Origin: Psammoneis japonica
Lineage: Eukaryota
NCBI GenBank assembly: GCA_008632985.1
Contig: QPGO01000213.1
Coordinates: 1-64,000, forward strand
Direction: 5' to 3'
DNA length: 64,000 bases
Of the stretch, positions 1-11,485 are shown piece after piece. Positions within the stretch are counted from its first letter, which is position 1. Every line of letters begins with the position of its first letter. A model generated the notes under the pieces. The model made no database searches and had not been told where the DNA came from. It worked only from the letters and a program-made list of their open reading frames with translations. The translations under genes were made by a program, and so were the position numbers.

Positions 1-1040
1 AAGCAAACTCGTCAGCACGTTTGCCATGTTTGTTTGGACTGCTCGCTGGCCCACTTTCTGATTGGCTGCTTGCTGCCCCCCCCTTCTTGCTGGTCTTGTT
101 GCTGTCTCCAAACAATGCCAAATCTGGAAAGATGTTGGTTTTGCTGCTTGGCGCTGCCACAATTGGCAACATTTTGCCCAGCTGTGGGGGCTTGTGTCTC
201 TGCAAGGGGCTGCGGCAGTTTTCGGAGCCCTCCTGCTGCAACAGTCTTGGCAGTTCAAGCATCGTACATGGCACATCTTGGCACATCCATCAATTGTCTC
301 TTGGAACCAAACATGGTGCACCATCCAGTTTTATGTTTTGCTGTGGATGGTTGTCTTTGTGTTTGTGTGCTTGCCATTGTGTTGGCAACAACCAGCTGGG
401 GTGCAGCTCATGTTCAGCACACGTCATGTCAGCCAGAAAAGAAACAAGGATCTTGGCAACAGCAAGGGAGGTTCCATTCAATGCGCTGAAATTGAAATGA
501 AGTCAAACAAGCAATGTGTTGTGACAGTCAATGCCAGGGAAGAATGGGATGCTTGGAGTGATGATGGCTTGTGCCTTGCGACCTTCTTGTGAAACCTGGT
601 GGCGAGAGTCAAGAAAAGTGTGAGGACACCAGCGGTGGTTGCATTCTTGGGTGAGTTGTGCTTTGGATGCTTCTCGCTGGCCTTTAACATTGCCATCAAT
701 GATCCATTTGGCTGGAGTGATGGCAGTCCACCAAGTGTCGCACAAGCAAAAATGCTTTGCTCAGCGCTGGGAGCTTTTGGGTTGCAAGAACGACTGAAGA
801 ACAACTGTCTCACCACCTGGTTCAGAAACATCTTGTTGCTTGCTTTTTGCAACATCTCCATGCAGAACAGAAGAAGCTGCTTCCTCAGCACGCAGTGCAC
901 AAGATGCTGCATCCTTGTCAGATGCACTGTTGTTGTTCATCTTGCCCACTTACTTGGATGCACTCCTGCAGAAATGACAAGCTCGCGCAACGCTCAACGC
1001 GAAGAAAGAACCAAGAGAAAGAGCGGAGGAGAGGAGGGGG
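1..1040. other. TpA-depleted, degenerate repeat-like domain (runs off the left window edge)
   Basis: Only 4 TA dinucleotides counted by eye in 1-1020. Overlapping Cys/His-rich, nearly Tyr-free ORFs on both strands. Normal TA content resumes by about 1045-1100. Confidence 0.85.
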
Positions 1041-1397
1041 AAAAAAATATCAAACTGCTGTTGTAGATTTCACGGAGGAAATTACATAATGATGACGTCA
1101 ATAGTGGGAGGGATCCCCCCTCATCTCCGCTTGTCGTTGCTCACCTTTTGTACCGGTACGGTAGGTATCCGTTGTCATTTTTGTCATTTGCAACAAACGA
1201 TTGTTGTCAGATAGCAGTGCTTCATGTTCTGACTCTGCTTGACAATCGTACTGTATAGTGTATTTGAATCACATCTGCCTTTCATCTGCTGTAAATCGAG
1301 TGATCTAGCTGTTTTCTTTGTGGAAAAGCAGCAACTACAAGCACATAAGAACGTCACTGCAATTTTCAATTTTCACAGCGAAGCAACAGAAGCAAAA

Positions 1398-2354
1398 ATG
1401 ACATCGTCGACAACACCGTCATTGTGTGGATCCTTTTTATCCTCCAAACGTTCGCTCGTCGCCTTTACATGGACTATTACTACGGTATTGTCATTGTTAG
1501 CGTTCATCATGGCACTCGTCATGACGTTGCAAATCAATTCACACTATCGCTATTTGGAGAGTCTGTATGCTCAAGAAAATAATAATAACAATCAAGACGA
1601 CAACGAAGAAGAGGAACACGAATCCCAAGACGAACGAAATAATAACGATCCCTACGCGTTGTTGGCATCGGCATCGAGTCGCAGCATGGCATTTGTCGGA
1701 CTGTACACCATGATTCTAGCCATGGGCCTGTCTCTGTATGGATCGACGGCCATTGTTGGATTTACATCGCTACGAGGGGATTACATCGCTCCGTGCTTTT
1801 CCAGTGACAATTCGAGTATGCGTGTCGGGATGTTTGGTGGAGCCATTGTTATTTTTGCAAATTTACTGCTACTCTGTGCCGTGATTTTTGGGGAATTTCG
1901 AGTGAGTAAGCACAAAAGAATACTGTGTGCAAGCTTTTGTTGTTGTTGCTACTGTCTGTGGAAATGAGACGCGTCGCCACACAACTACTGCCGATATGCA
2001 GTAGCTCTTGCTATTTATATGCATAGACTTTCATTCAATGTTGCTTCATACTCAACATTTCGTTTTGCTTTTCTTTTGTAGGTGGAAGACTTTGTGGATC
2101 AACGAGAAAAGGAAGAGATGGAACCCTATGCCGTGGAACGAATATCCAGCGTATTGGCCATTACGTGTATGTTTTTGAGTGTGCTATACACGATATTTGC
2201 CGTCTTGCTCTTTTTATGCTCTGAAAAATCGGAGGAACCAAAAAAAGTGGATACGGACCACGAGTCGTCCCATCACACCAAGCCGTTGGTGACGGTTGGT
2301 CCTCGTGATCCAAACGTGTCTTCGGGATTTCTTACCATGGAGACAACGACGTAG
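1398..2354 (+). CDS. Multi-pass membrane protein of unknown function, 2 exons (1398-1901, 2082-2354)
   Basis: ATG at 1398; a GTGAGT...TTGTAG intron at 1902-2081 joins the ORFs in frame (GEFR|VEDF); four hydrophobic segments. Confidence 0.8.
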
Positions 2355-2816
2355 TCCGCGTTTAGACCGAATCTAGAGTCGTAAAGCATCTACTCGGTGC
2401 ATTGTTATTTATTAGGGATCTTCTTTTGCATTGGGCCTTTTTCATTGAATTGACACTTTTAGCCATATGTTGACTCTTGTTTAAAGCACTACCTTCCTGC
2501 AAAGACTACTCTAGAGTAGCTAGTAGAGCTAAGAGTACGTAGGGCCCTACCTCTACTAGCTCTAGGCCGCTACTCTCTCTATGAGACCGGCAAACTCTTA
2601 CTTGCTAGCTGGGGCCGGGGGCGGGGTGGCTAGTTGCGGATGGATGGACGGACGGATTGTTCCGACAATGAAGTCTGTCAGTTATCCGTTGCATCTTTGC
2701 GCTACACACACACACACCCCACACCCCACACACGCACGCACACGACACAGCGCACAGCGCAGCACACAACATTTCTCATGAAAAAATAGCCAACGACAAC
2801 AACCTATGTTTGCACC

Positions 2817-5555
2817 ATGTCTTCCAAACGCAACCGTAGTAGTAGCACAGGATCAGCCCCCAAGAAACGACTAAAAGCAAAAGTTGGAAAACGAGCTACC
2901 ACCAAGAACGAGACGGACACGGATTTCAAGGCTGTTTCGGTACAGGTTTCACATCAACGAATTTCTGTAGAACAATCCTTGCAAGAATTGCTACCCAAAG
3001 CAAGTCATCCCTCGGCCGTGGTACGCAAATCATGTCTACAGACCATGTTGCAACAGAATTTGTTACAAGAAAATTCCGTTTCATCGCTGTGGATACCCGT
3101 CGTGACCAAGTGTGCCAGTGTCGATGAGGATGAGAGTGTGAGACGGGTGGGATTTCAAATTTTGCAACAAGACTGTCTCGAGATATCGCCACATCATTTA
3201 TCCATTATTCTGGCCTATGTGTCATCCGCCATGGTTCATCTCAATGTGGATATTCGATTTCACGGATGCAAACTATTGACGCTCTTTTGTACTAACAACA
3301 ACCATGTTTTGCGGGATCAGCAGTGCGTCTTTTTACCGCTCTTTCCGAGACTGCTAAGGGATGCCTCGAGTGTGACCAAGAGCGATTACAACAAGACCAA
3401 TAAATATGGTGAAAAATCCAAGAAGAAAAAGAGCACATTGGAAGATCGGTTATCGATTGTGTTGGAGGCGCTCGTGGCGTTTCTAAAAGCATCGTTTCCA
3501 AAACAAAAAGCTTTGGCAGAGATGAGAGAGTCATCTCCAATCGAATTTCGTACCGCTTCGTCCGACGGTGTATTTGTGGCTCCTTCACGTGCAGTTTCTA
3601 CAAAAGAGACACCAATCCAGAGCATGAGTGACTTTTGCAACATGTTGCAGCAACAATCTGTGGAAAAGAAGAATCGAGACTTGCCTTTTGCAACCGACTT
3701 CGTGTCGATCCTGGAACGACTCTGTGACGTGTTGATTGAGTTACAACAACAATCGAACACTTCTTCTCCATCACAACTATTGCTCGTACTGGAATCGGTT
3801 CGCATTCTGTGGAAACAAATCGTAACCTTGGAAAAGTTGTCAGGACGTTTGTTGAAGCTCTTGTTGGAACTCTATAATCCCATTCACGAGGGTAATTCTG
3901 CAAGCGTGGCAATATTACAAGTCAATACGTTGTTGGTTTGTCTCTTGGTGGAACTTGGGCGTGATCAAAATAGCAACAAGGATTGGATGCATCCCGTTGT
4001 TTCGTTTTGTACTAGTACTACACAGAATTCGAGTAGTTTCGAGGCTATTGAAACCTTGTTGGGAGATTGGAACCCAAACGACAACGAGAACGACGACAAC
4101 GACGACACTACGAGTAGTAGTGCCATGTGTCACAAGGTGTTTCAATCCGTGTGTGATTTGTACTTTTCTCATGACCAAGAAACAACGGTGGATCCATTGT
4201 CTTCCCGCAAAGCCGTAAAACTCGTGCTGGGTATAATCACTCGATACAACGATTCGAATGACAATGTAAATGAAAAGTCTCGGAAGCGATTCATTGCCTT
4301 GACGAGAAATGTCATTATAGGTTTACCAAAGTATATCGCAACATGGGACACATCCTATTTGGACGATTCCACTGTGGTATGGAAGTTCTTGTTGGATACG
4401 ATACGAAAGCACGACTTGACCGAAAAGGAGAAGAGTACAATCATGACGAAGGATTTGATGCAAATCTTGTCGACGGATACTTCTCGCTGTCTTTTTAAGG
4501 GTACGAAAAAGAAGCAACCAATTTTATTTGTACGGTATCCTGAGCATATCCAGCGTATAGTGGTGGCATTCCTCGGGACGCTAATTAAGTCTCATCACGA
4601 GGGCATCGCAGACACTATTGTACGGGGACTGGCCAAGTCGTGTCAACCACAAGCTACTACGCTGAGTCCTATGATTTGCGATTATGTGTTTGACGTGATG
4701 CACACGGTCCGACGATGTGTGTCTATGCAAACGTATTTGGAATTCGTCATGGACAGTGTGACTATCAAGGGAACGAAAAAAGATGACAATCCAGACGAAT
4801 GTATCTCGTGCCAAGCAATCATGAAACACGACGAGTCATTCAAGCGTGCATGCCGTGCCCTTGTTGAATGTGGGAGTGCCTCCAAGGTTTTGATGGCTCT
4901 TGATGAAGTCTTGTTGAGCTGGATTAGCAATACGGAATCCTCGTGTCTCGACTCGATTCGAACCAAGAGAGCGGCAATCCTAGTGTTTGCGAGCCTTTCT
5001 CTACACCTCAACAGAGACGACTCGTCTGTGTTTCAAGTGCTGCCACATCTCTATGATCCCACAATAATTGGCGTTTGTGACTTGCTTTCGAATTTCATGT
5101 TTGCTAGTGAAAATGCCAGCAATAGCGATAGTCAGTTTGGCGCTCTGATTCGGCCCATCATGGTGAGAAAATGGCAGTCTCCTGAAATCGCATGCATGCT
5201 ACTGTTTGTCGCATTTGCCGTTCTCATGTACATTCCCTCGTTCTCATAGGTCTTGATCAACTGCGAGCCTCGTTTACTATCGGCCATCTTTCAAGAAGCT
5301 GCCAATAGAATTGTTGGCTATGAGAAACATACGGACGAAGCAGAGGCATTCTCGTCCGATACGCTTCTCTTGCGAGCATTGATTAAACTGATTCCGTCAC
5401 CAGGGATTGTCAGTGTGGTTCGACAAGAGTCGGAGCAACTGAAAAGAAATTGTCAAACGATTGAGTCCCACATTGCAAACAGTGGATCATCTCGGAACGA
5501 TCACCTCGGCGGGAACCTCCGGACAAGACTCGATGCGATTGTTGGATCTTCCTAG
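2817..5555 (+). CDS. IPI1: Pre-rRNA processing Rix1-complex protein, Ipi1/TEX10-like, 2 exons (2817-5162, 5250-5555)
   Basis: N-terminal KKRLKAKVGK...TDTDFKAVSV and ILAYVSSAMVHLNVDIR motifs resemble Ipi1_N; GTGAGA...CATAG intron is in frame. Confidence 0.7.
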
Positions 5556-6313
5556 TACACGTAATGGCACCTAACGAATGCAAAGTGTTGCGTCTTTGAC
5601 TGTGACTATGGCTCAAGCAAGCAATAAATAGCCAGAGCACCAAATCGCAATGATTTGTGTGTCTACCATACTCCTCTTTCGCACTCTTTTGGCGCTGGAG
5701 GTGCAGTACGTTTGCTAGGAATGCGAACAATACACTACTACTTCTCCGTTCGATGCATCAACTCATACACGTATGTGCTTAACGCACACGACTTTGGTAG
5801 GTAAAGACAAAGTCGTTCCTACACAAGTCTCTAGTTGCCGAAAAAATGGATTTCGTTTTGACATCTCATTAATAAACAAGAGTGGAGTTTCGATGGTAAC
5901 GACATATCGCTTTGCGTTGTCCTCCATGCCAATGACTGGCACACTGCCAGTTTCCTCTTCCATGGAGATTCTAAAATATAAATGTTGGAACAACAGGTGC
6001 AGTCTAGCACGTCTGGATTTATAATATCGCAGATCTATCTATAGAATTTAGCGCCGTCTATCTTGACGTCCATCGCCTGTTTCCCGTGTTCTCCGGCAAC
6101 TACACCGCTTGTCGTTGCGTCAATATCAAATCCCGCTTACGATTATAAACCGGTTCGCGATGTAACATGGGTACCATACTCGTAGGTCCTCGACGATTCA
6201 TTCGAGCTCCACCGCGGTGGCCCTCATGTAGCTTCCAGGCTAGCTCTAGAGTTGACCTTACAAACAAGAAGAAACTATATACTGTACATGTATTCATTAA
6301 CTCCCCAACAATC

Positions 6314-9300
6314 CTACTCGTCGCGGAGATCATCCACGGCATCGTCAACAGGAGCTCCAGCTAATCCAGTTCGCAAACCGATCCTCACCCCTTCACCATA
6401 TTCGGCAACATTTTCAACAAACTTCTTTTTTCTCGCATCTTCCTTTTCTTGTGCCTTCTTCTTTGCAAATGCCGCAATTGAGTCCGTGATTCGCTTATCA
6501 TTAAAGACGCGATACTTCATCATCCACGGCATGAGAGCAACGACAAAGAGCTGCCTCCAACACGAGCCAGCCTCAGTGCAAAACTTCTTCCCGTGCTTAA
6601 GCTTCATCATGTACATGGTGCCCAAACGATCAATATACGGATGCCGGTGAGCATCATGCCCTAACAAGTCTTTCTCGAAATTGAAAGGCACGTAATCGAA
6701 ACCGTACCCCACCAAGTTGACCTCTTCATCAAGAAACCTAGCGTCGATCCTGCCAACCCAAAACGCCGCTGCTAGAATGAATTGCGTGAATCGCCCAATC
6801 AAGACACCACCACCCAAGCCTATTTGCGAGGACAAAAAGAGGCAAATGCTCAGTTAATCGTAATCACCAGATTCAAGATGAGCGGTCGGTACTTACCAAT
6901 GTGCCAGCATTCCAGAGCAAGGAGAGTCACGTTTGCTGCACAGGGTCGAGTCCGATAGTAAGCCGCATAGAATTTCTTTCGACAAACCATTGTCATTGCC
7001 ATTTTGAGTACAATTGTAATCGTCAGACCAATCCCCCACGCAACCAATAGAATCATAAAGTCCCGCGTGAACTCCCAAGCGAATAGAAAGACTACCAGAC
7101 CTACCAAGGCAAAGAAGATTACACTACTTCCAATCATTGCGTACACCGCGTCTAAAAAAGAGTAAAAGAGAGAAAAGTTAGAGCGGGTCGCAACAGAGAG
7201 CGCACGCTCCAAAACATGATCAAGAGGTACTCACTGCCAATGTTCAGATAAACCGTGTCGGCATTCTTCCGGTAGGTGTTGAACAGCTTCGACGTCAATG
7301 ACGGCTTTACCCCGCTGCGGTACTGCAAAGTCGTTCCCGTTGCACTAGATTTCATAAATTGGGCAGAGAAGCGAAAAGAAACATGAGTATGTCATAATGA
7401 TACAGATGGCAACTATCAATTCAACCCGAGCAACTCATTACCTTGGCAGATAAATGAGCATGATGCACACCATCACAGCGATCAGAACAGCTGTCGCCGG
7501 GTAGAACGCCGCATAGACGACTTCCCTTGTTGGGACGATTTCGTACACCCAGTCTGGCAAATCCTCGTACTCTTCCAGTGACTTAGTTGCATCTTCTGCA
7601 GCGTTAGCGACTGCCTCGGTAAAAGTAAATGCGGCGTAGGTAAAGGCAATCGCCAAAATGATTTGCGCTGCTTGAATGATGTAGATACGTGAATTGATCC
7701 ATACACCTTCAGTGTCGAAAAGTTCGGCGCTTAGGATTCGTTTCCATGTCCAAATCAGACCACCGCAATTCTCGAACCTCTCGCCCCGCAGAACAAAATT
7801 CAACATGGTCTCATCTGTCGCCGAGCCACCCTTAAGATTGGTAATGATACTTTCTGATGGATTCTTTTCGCCGATCACAGGATGCAAAGCGTGCGCATTC
7901 TTCATCATTGCGTTTAGTTTTCGAGTGCAAGCCATCTTGGTGCGGCGACAGCCGCGCAAATTCGAACTTGCAAAGAAACCCTTGAACGTGTCACTTGAAC
8001 TCTTACGAATTCGCCTTTTTCCAACCAGGGACTTGATGAATTGAATAATGAGGGCAAACAAGACGGCATTTCCAAGAGCAAAAGTAAGATTCTGGTAATT
8101 ATCGTAATTGCGATCATTCACCGTTGACTCAGGATTGTTATACGGTTCTTCCGAGTTGTTTCGGTAGTAGATCACCGTCACGTACGGCACGAATGTGAAG
8201 ACTGCTCCACAGAAAAATGCAAACATCACTACCTTGGGACTGGCAATAACTGGGGTGTTACCAAAACTCAGAGGAATCATGATGATGAGGCCTGAGATAG
8301 TTAGACAGCAAGCAATATAGATCCAGGAAACGACAGTTTGGCCCAGTTTGCAGCCAAATCCATCGCCACAATCCGCGCGTATTCCCTCGATCTGTTGGTA
8401 TAGGGTGGTGTATATAAGAGCCGTGCAAACAAAGAAGGCCCAAATAAGGGCCGCCATGGCGGCAGAACCATGACAGTCCACAGCAAAATCGATACTTGGC
8501 ATCATCATTGGATACTTGGCTATGTAGCGATCCTCTTCTTCGGGATTAATATCACCTTTCTCGGCAGCTGAAGCATCTTTTGTCAGAGACGCAGAGGTGG
8601 CGGCTTCTTTCTCTGCAAGTTGCTCAGCCTCCACCATTTCCTTCTCTTGAAAACTGTCGAATTTCCACACATCAAAGTGTGGCGTTGTGAGTTTGTCTTC
8701 GGTTCCGACCTCCCATTCAGCCAAGTCGGACGTGAGCGCCGATACGAATGCCTCTTCATCCATAAGAGCTCCTTCTCCACCAGCAGCCTCGACCATTTCT
8801 GCAATTAACTTTGTATCACGCGCTCGTTCGTGCTCGCCCCCGGCTTCCAGGAGCCTTTCCACAAAATCAGCAGAAACAGTGGGTGTAGCACCTGTGCTAT
8901 CACTATGATTCGACTCCTCCGTATCCGGCTGATCTTTGAGTGTCTGAAGCATTATGGCCAAGACATCTTGGATGATACTCTCGGGTTTTGGTCTCAGAGA
9001 CTCTTGTTCCTCTTTCTTTCGCTTAGCCTTTAATACCCTGCGTTCAGCTTTTCGCTTTCTGTACATGGCGAAAGGATTCCAAGAGGAGGAAGAGAGCTCC
9101 TGTACCTCTTGAGCATCTTCTTCGTCTTGCTCATGACTGCTTCCGTTGACACCGTCTCGAAACTCTTTTCCGGCACGTGCAAGTGTAGGAATAAGAATAA
9201 TGGAGAGAAGCTGCACTAGATCCAGATACTCTTCAGGCAAATCGTCGGGATTCTCCACGTCTTCGTTCGGGTCTTCTGTCTCTTCCTCCTCCTCCTCTTC

Positions 9301-9735
9301 TGCTAATTCAGCGGCAAACTGTTCTTCCTTGGCTTGCTGAATAATTCTCTCGCTCTCAGCCTTGAGCAGTCGCTTCTTTACAGCCCCAACTCCCTTCCCA
9401 ACGCCTTTACCTGCGCCTTTTAGGAATCTGAGCCGATCCCTTGCTTCATCCGTCTGTTCTCCTTCTAAATCGACTTGATCTTCCTCATACATCTCTTCCA
9501 GAATGCGATTAATAACGTCTTCACCAATCACTCCACCACCCAAGCTCCGGACAATTCCCAGAGCGTGCTTGTGAGGCACCTTGAGAGCAAAACGGCTGCG
9601 CAAGTAGCGTGCCACATCGATGCTGCTCACGGTTGCGTTCTCCCGACAAATAGGCAGGCATGTCTGATGCAAGGCCGACACATACTCAAGCTCCTTGACA
9701 TCGGCAGCTGCACCGACGGGGCGGCGAAACGGCAT
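6314..9735 (-). CDS. Large multi-exon, multi-pass membrane protein of unknown function
   Basis: 765-aa first ORF followed by in-line hydrophobic ORFs (7152-7355, 6850-7212, 6314-6835) separated by short GT-AG introns; normal composition. Confidence 0.75.
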
Positions 9736-9815
9736 GGTGACGGACTACTCTCTGTTGCGGTTATTTGATACGATGGGTACATATTTTATTATGTTGGATG
9801 ACATCCAAACCATTT

Positions 9816-9998
9816 CAGCCAGCTGCTGGCCGAAGAATCTTGTGTAGAAGTCGTACTGAAAGAGTCTGTCAATCAGTGCGTTCGGGCCAGATTCAGTGAA
9901 CGCTGGACAGACTCAATGTTTTGCTCTTACGTAAAAACTGCATTGGCAAAGAAAAGACTTGCTGATGACAAGCAGACTTTCTTTAGCCAGAAGCTGGC
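9816..9998. mobile_element. MITE-like element, TA-retaining copy of the family at 40221-40427
   Basis: Colinear similarity (cagccagctgctgg..gaagaatcttgtgt..gaaagagtctgtcaatc..gctggacagactc) to 40233-40415; partial inverted ends. Confidence 0.65.
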
Positions 9999-10949
9999 GT
10001 CTCCCAAAATCCAGATGAGAACTGTGGGCTGGGCAAAAAAGAAAGAAGGACCTTGTGAGTCTGTCCGTGAAGGGTGTGCTGGGTGCGCAACGAAAGATTT
10101 GGTTTCCCGCGCTTTTTTCGTAACCTCGCCCGCCCTGCGAGCGTGCGGAGCAACTCTATCTGGCGGGGATTTTGGGGGGGTTAGTGACTCCAAGAGAGGG
10201 GGGGAGGGGAGAGGAGAAAGAAGGAGGAGGAGGAGAGAAAGGAAGGAGAGAGGAAGGGGTTGCGAGGGCAGCGAGCTTGATCTAAAAGGCAGAAGTGGTT
10301 TGAAGAGCCATCGTCAATTCTTTCTCCCGTTTCACCACCCGATGTGTCAGATCTCCGGGTGCTCCCATGTTGAAGTAATTTGGTGTGGTGACACAGATCG
10401 AGACATTGTAGTGTTGAAGTATCTCTAGTATGAATTTTACGTAGAAATCTACGCAATTCAGGAGTTTCCCTCCGACACCACACAAAAAATCGACCATGAG
10501 AGCTGCAAGAGCCGGTAGTCGAAATTGTCGCCGTCACTTGTGATACTGTTGTGACAACAAAGCACGCATTAAAACTCTCTCTGATGAATGAATATACGAA
10601 AAGAGATGTATGAAAAACGTGAAAAATGGATAAGAAATGCTTGGTACTTTTTCCATTTTTTGAACTCGTCTCTCACCGCTCTTGCGTTGCAATTTCTGTT
10701 CGTTCTTGACAGATTGAAGAGCCCTCCTTTAAGCATTGATCATTCATGGCGTCTCTCATGCTGATGCTTTGTATTGTTGCCTTTTTGGCTTCAGCCGAGT
10801 GTTCACCCTTCGTTGACGAGGCTTTAGAAGTTGTTGGAGTGGTGGCTTTTCAGGGTTCATTGGAATTGCTGAGTGCGGCGGTACCACAAGCGCTGTTGAC
10901 CGGGATATGATGGAATGGATGTCACATGTTGGTTGTGGGTGTGGTTTGT

Positions 10950-11255
10950 TTTGGCTGGTAATCTACAATCTACCACTTTTGGAAAAGTCCGTGTATAAGC
11001 GGCAGACGAGGTTGCCCTCGTCTTTAAATAACACGGGCTACTGCCGAGGTTGCTGACTGCAGCAGCGCCTCGGTAATTTTTTTTCTGCAATAATGTTCAT
11101 GTGGCCCCACCTCTGAACATTGAGACGGCCAACGAGAGCCAAGGGGTTGCCCCCCGGTGAGGCGTTGACTGGTGCTTCCAAGGACGGGAGTGCCTTCAAC
11201 CGCCGCAGACCCGAATCTCCGTTGCGATAGGGTTCACCTGCCCTTGAAAGGTGGT
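10950..11255 (-). ncRNA. Candidate structured RNA or ssDNA element (cluster of hairpins, two GCAA tetraloops)
   Basis: Minus-strand AGACGAGG-GCAA-CCUCGUCU (11004-11023) and GGGG-GCAA-CCCC (11143-11154), plus several other stems; family not recognised. Confidence 0.35.
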
Positions 11256-11485
11256 ATTTGAGTGTGGTATTGTGATGAAGTATGTGGAGGACACAACAAC
11301 CAATAGTTATAGAAGTGTGGTAGATAAGAAATAAAATAGTGAATTCGTAACTCATGGAAACTCAGCTCTGTTTCGAAAACACTACTGTGCGTCTCTAGGC
11401 TAGATCGCTTCTACGAGTAGTAGCTATCTCACGAGAATGTCAACAAAAGTAGTAATACATAAAGTATGCCTAGTAATGATAACAT

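Noticed and set aside
2704..2770. CA-rich microsatellite-like tract
   Set aside because: Ordinary low-complexity sequence upstream of a gene.
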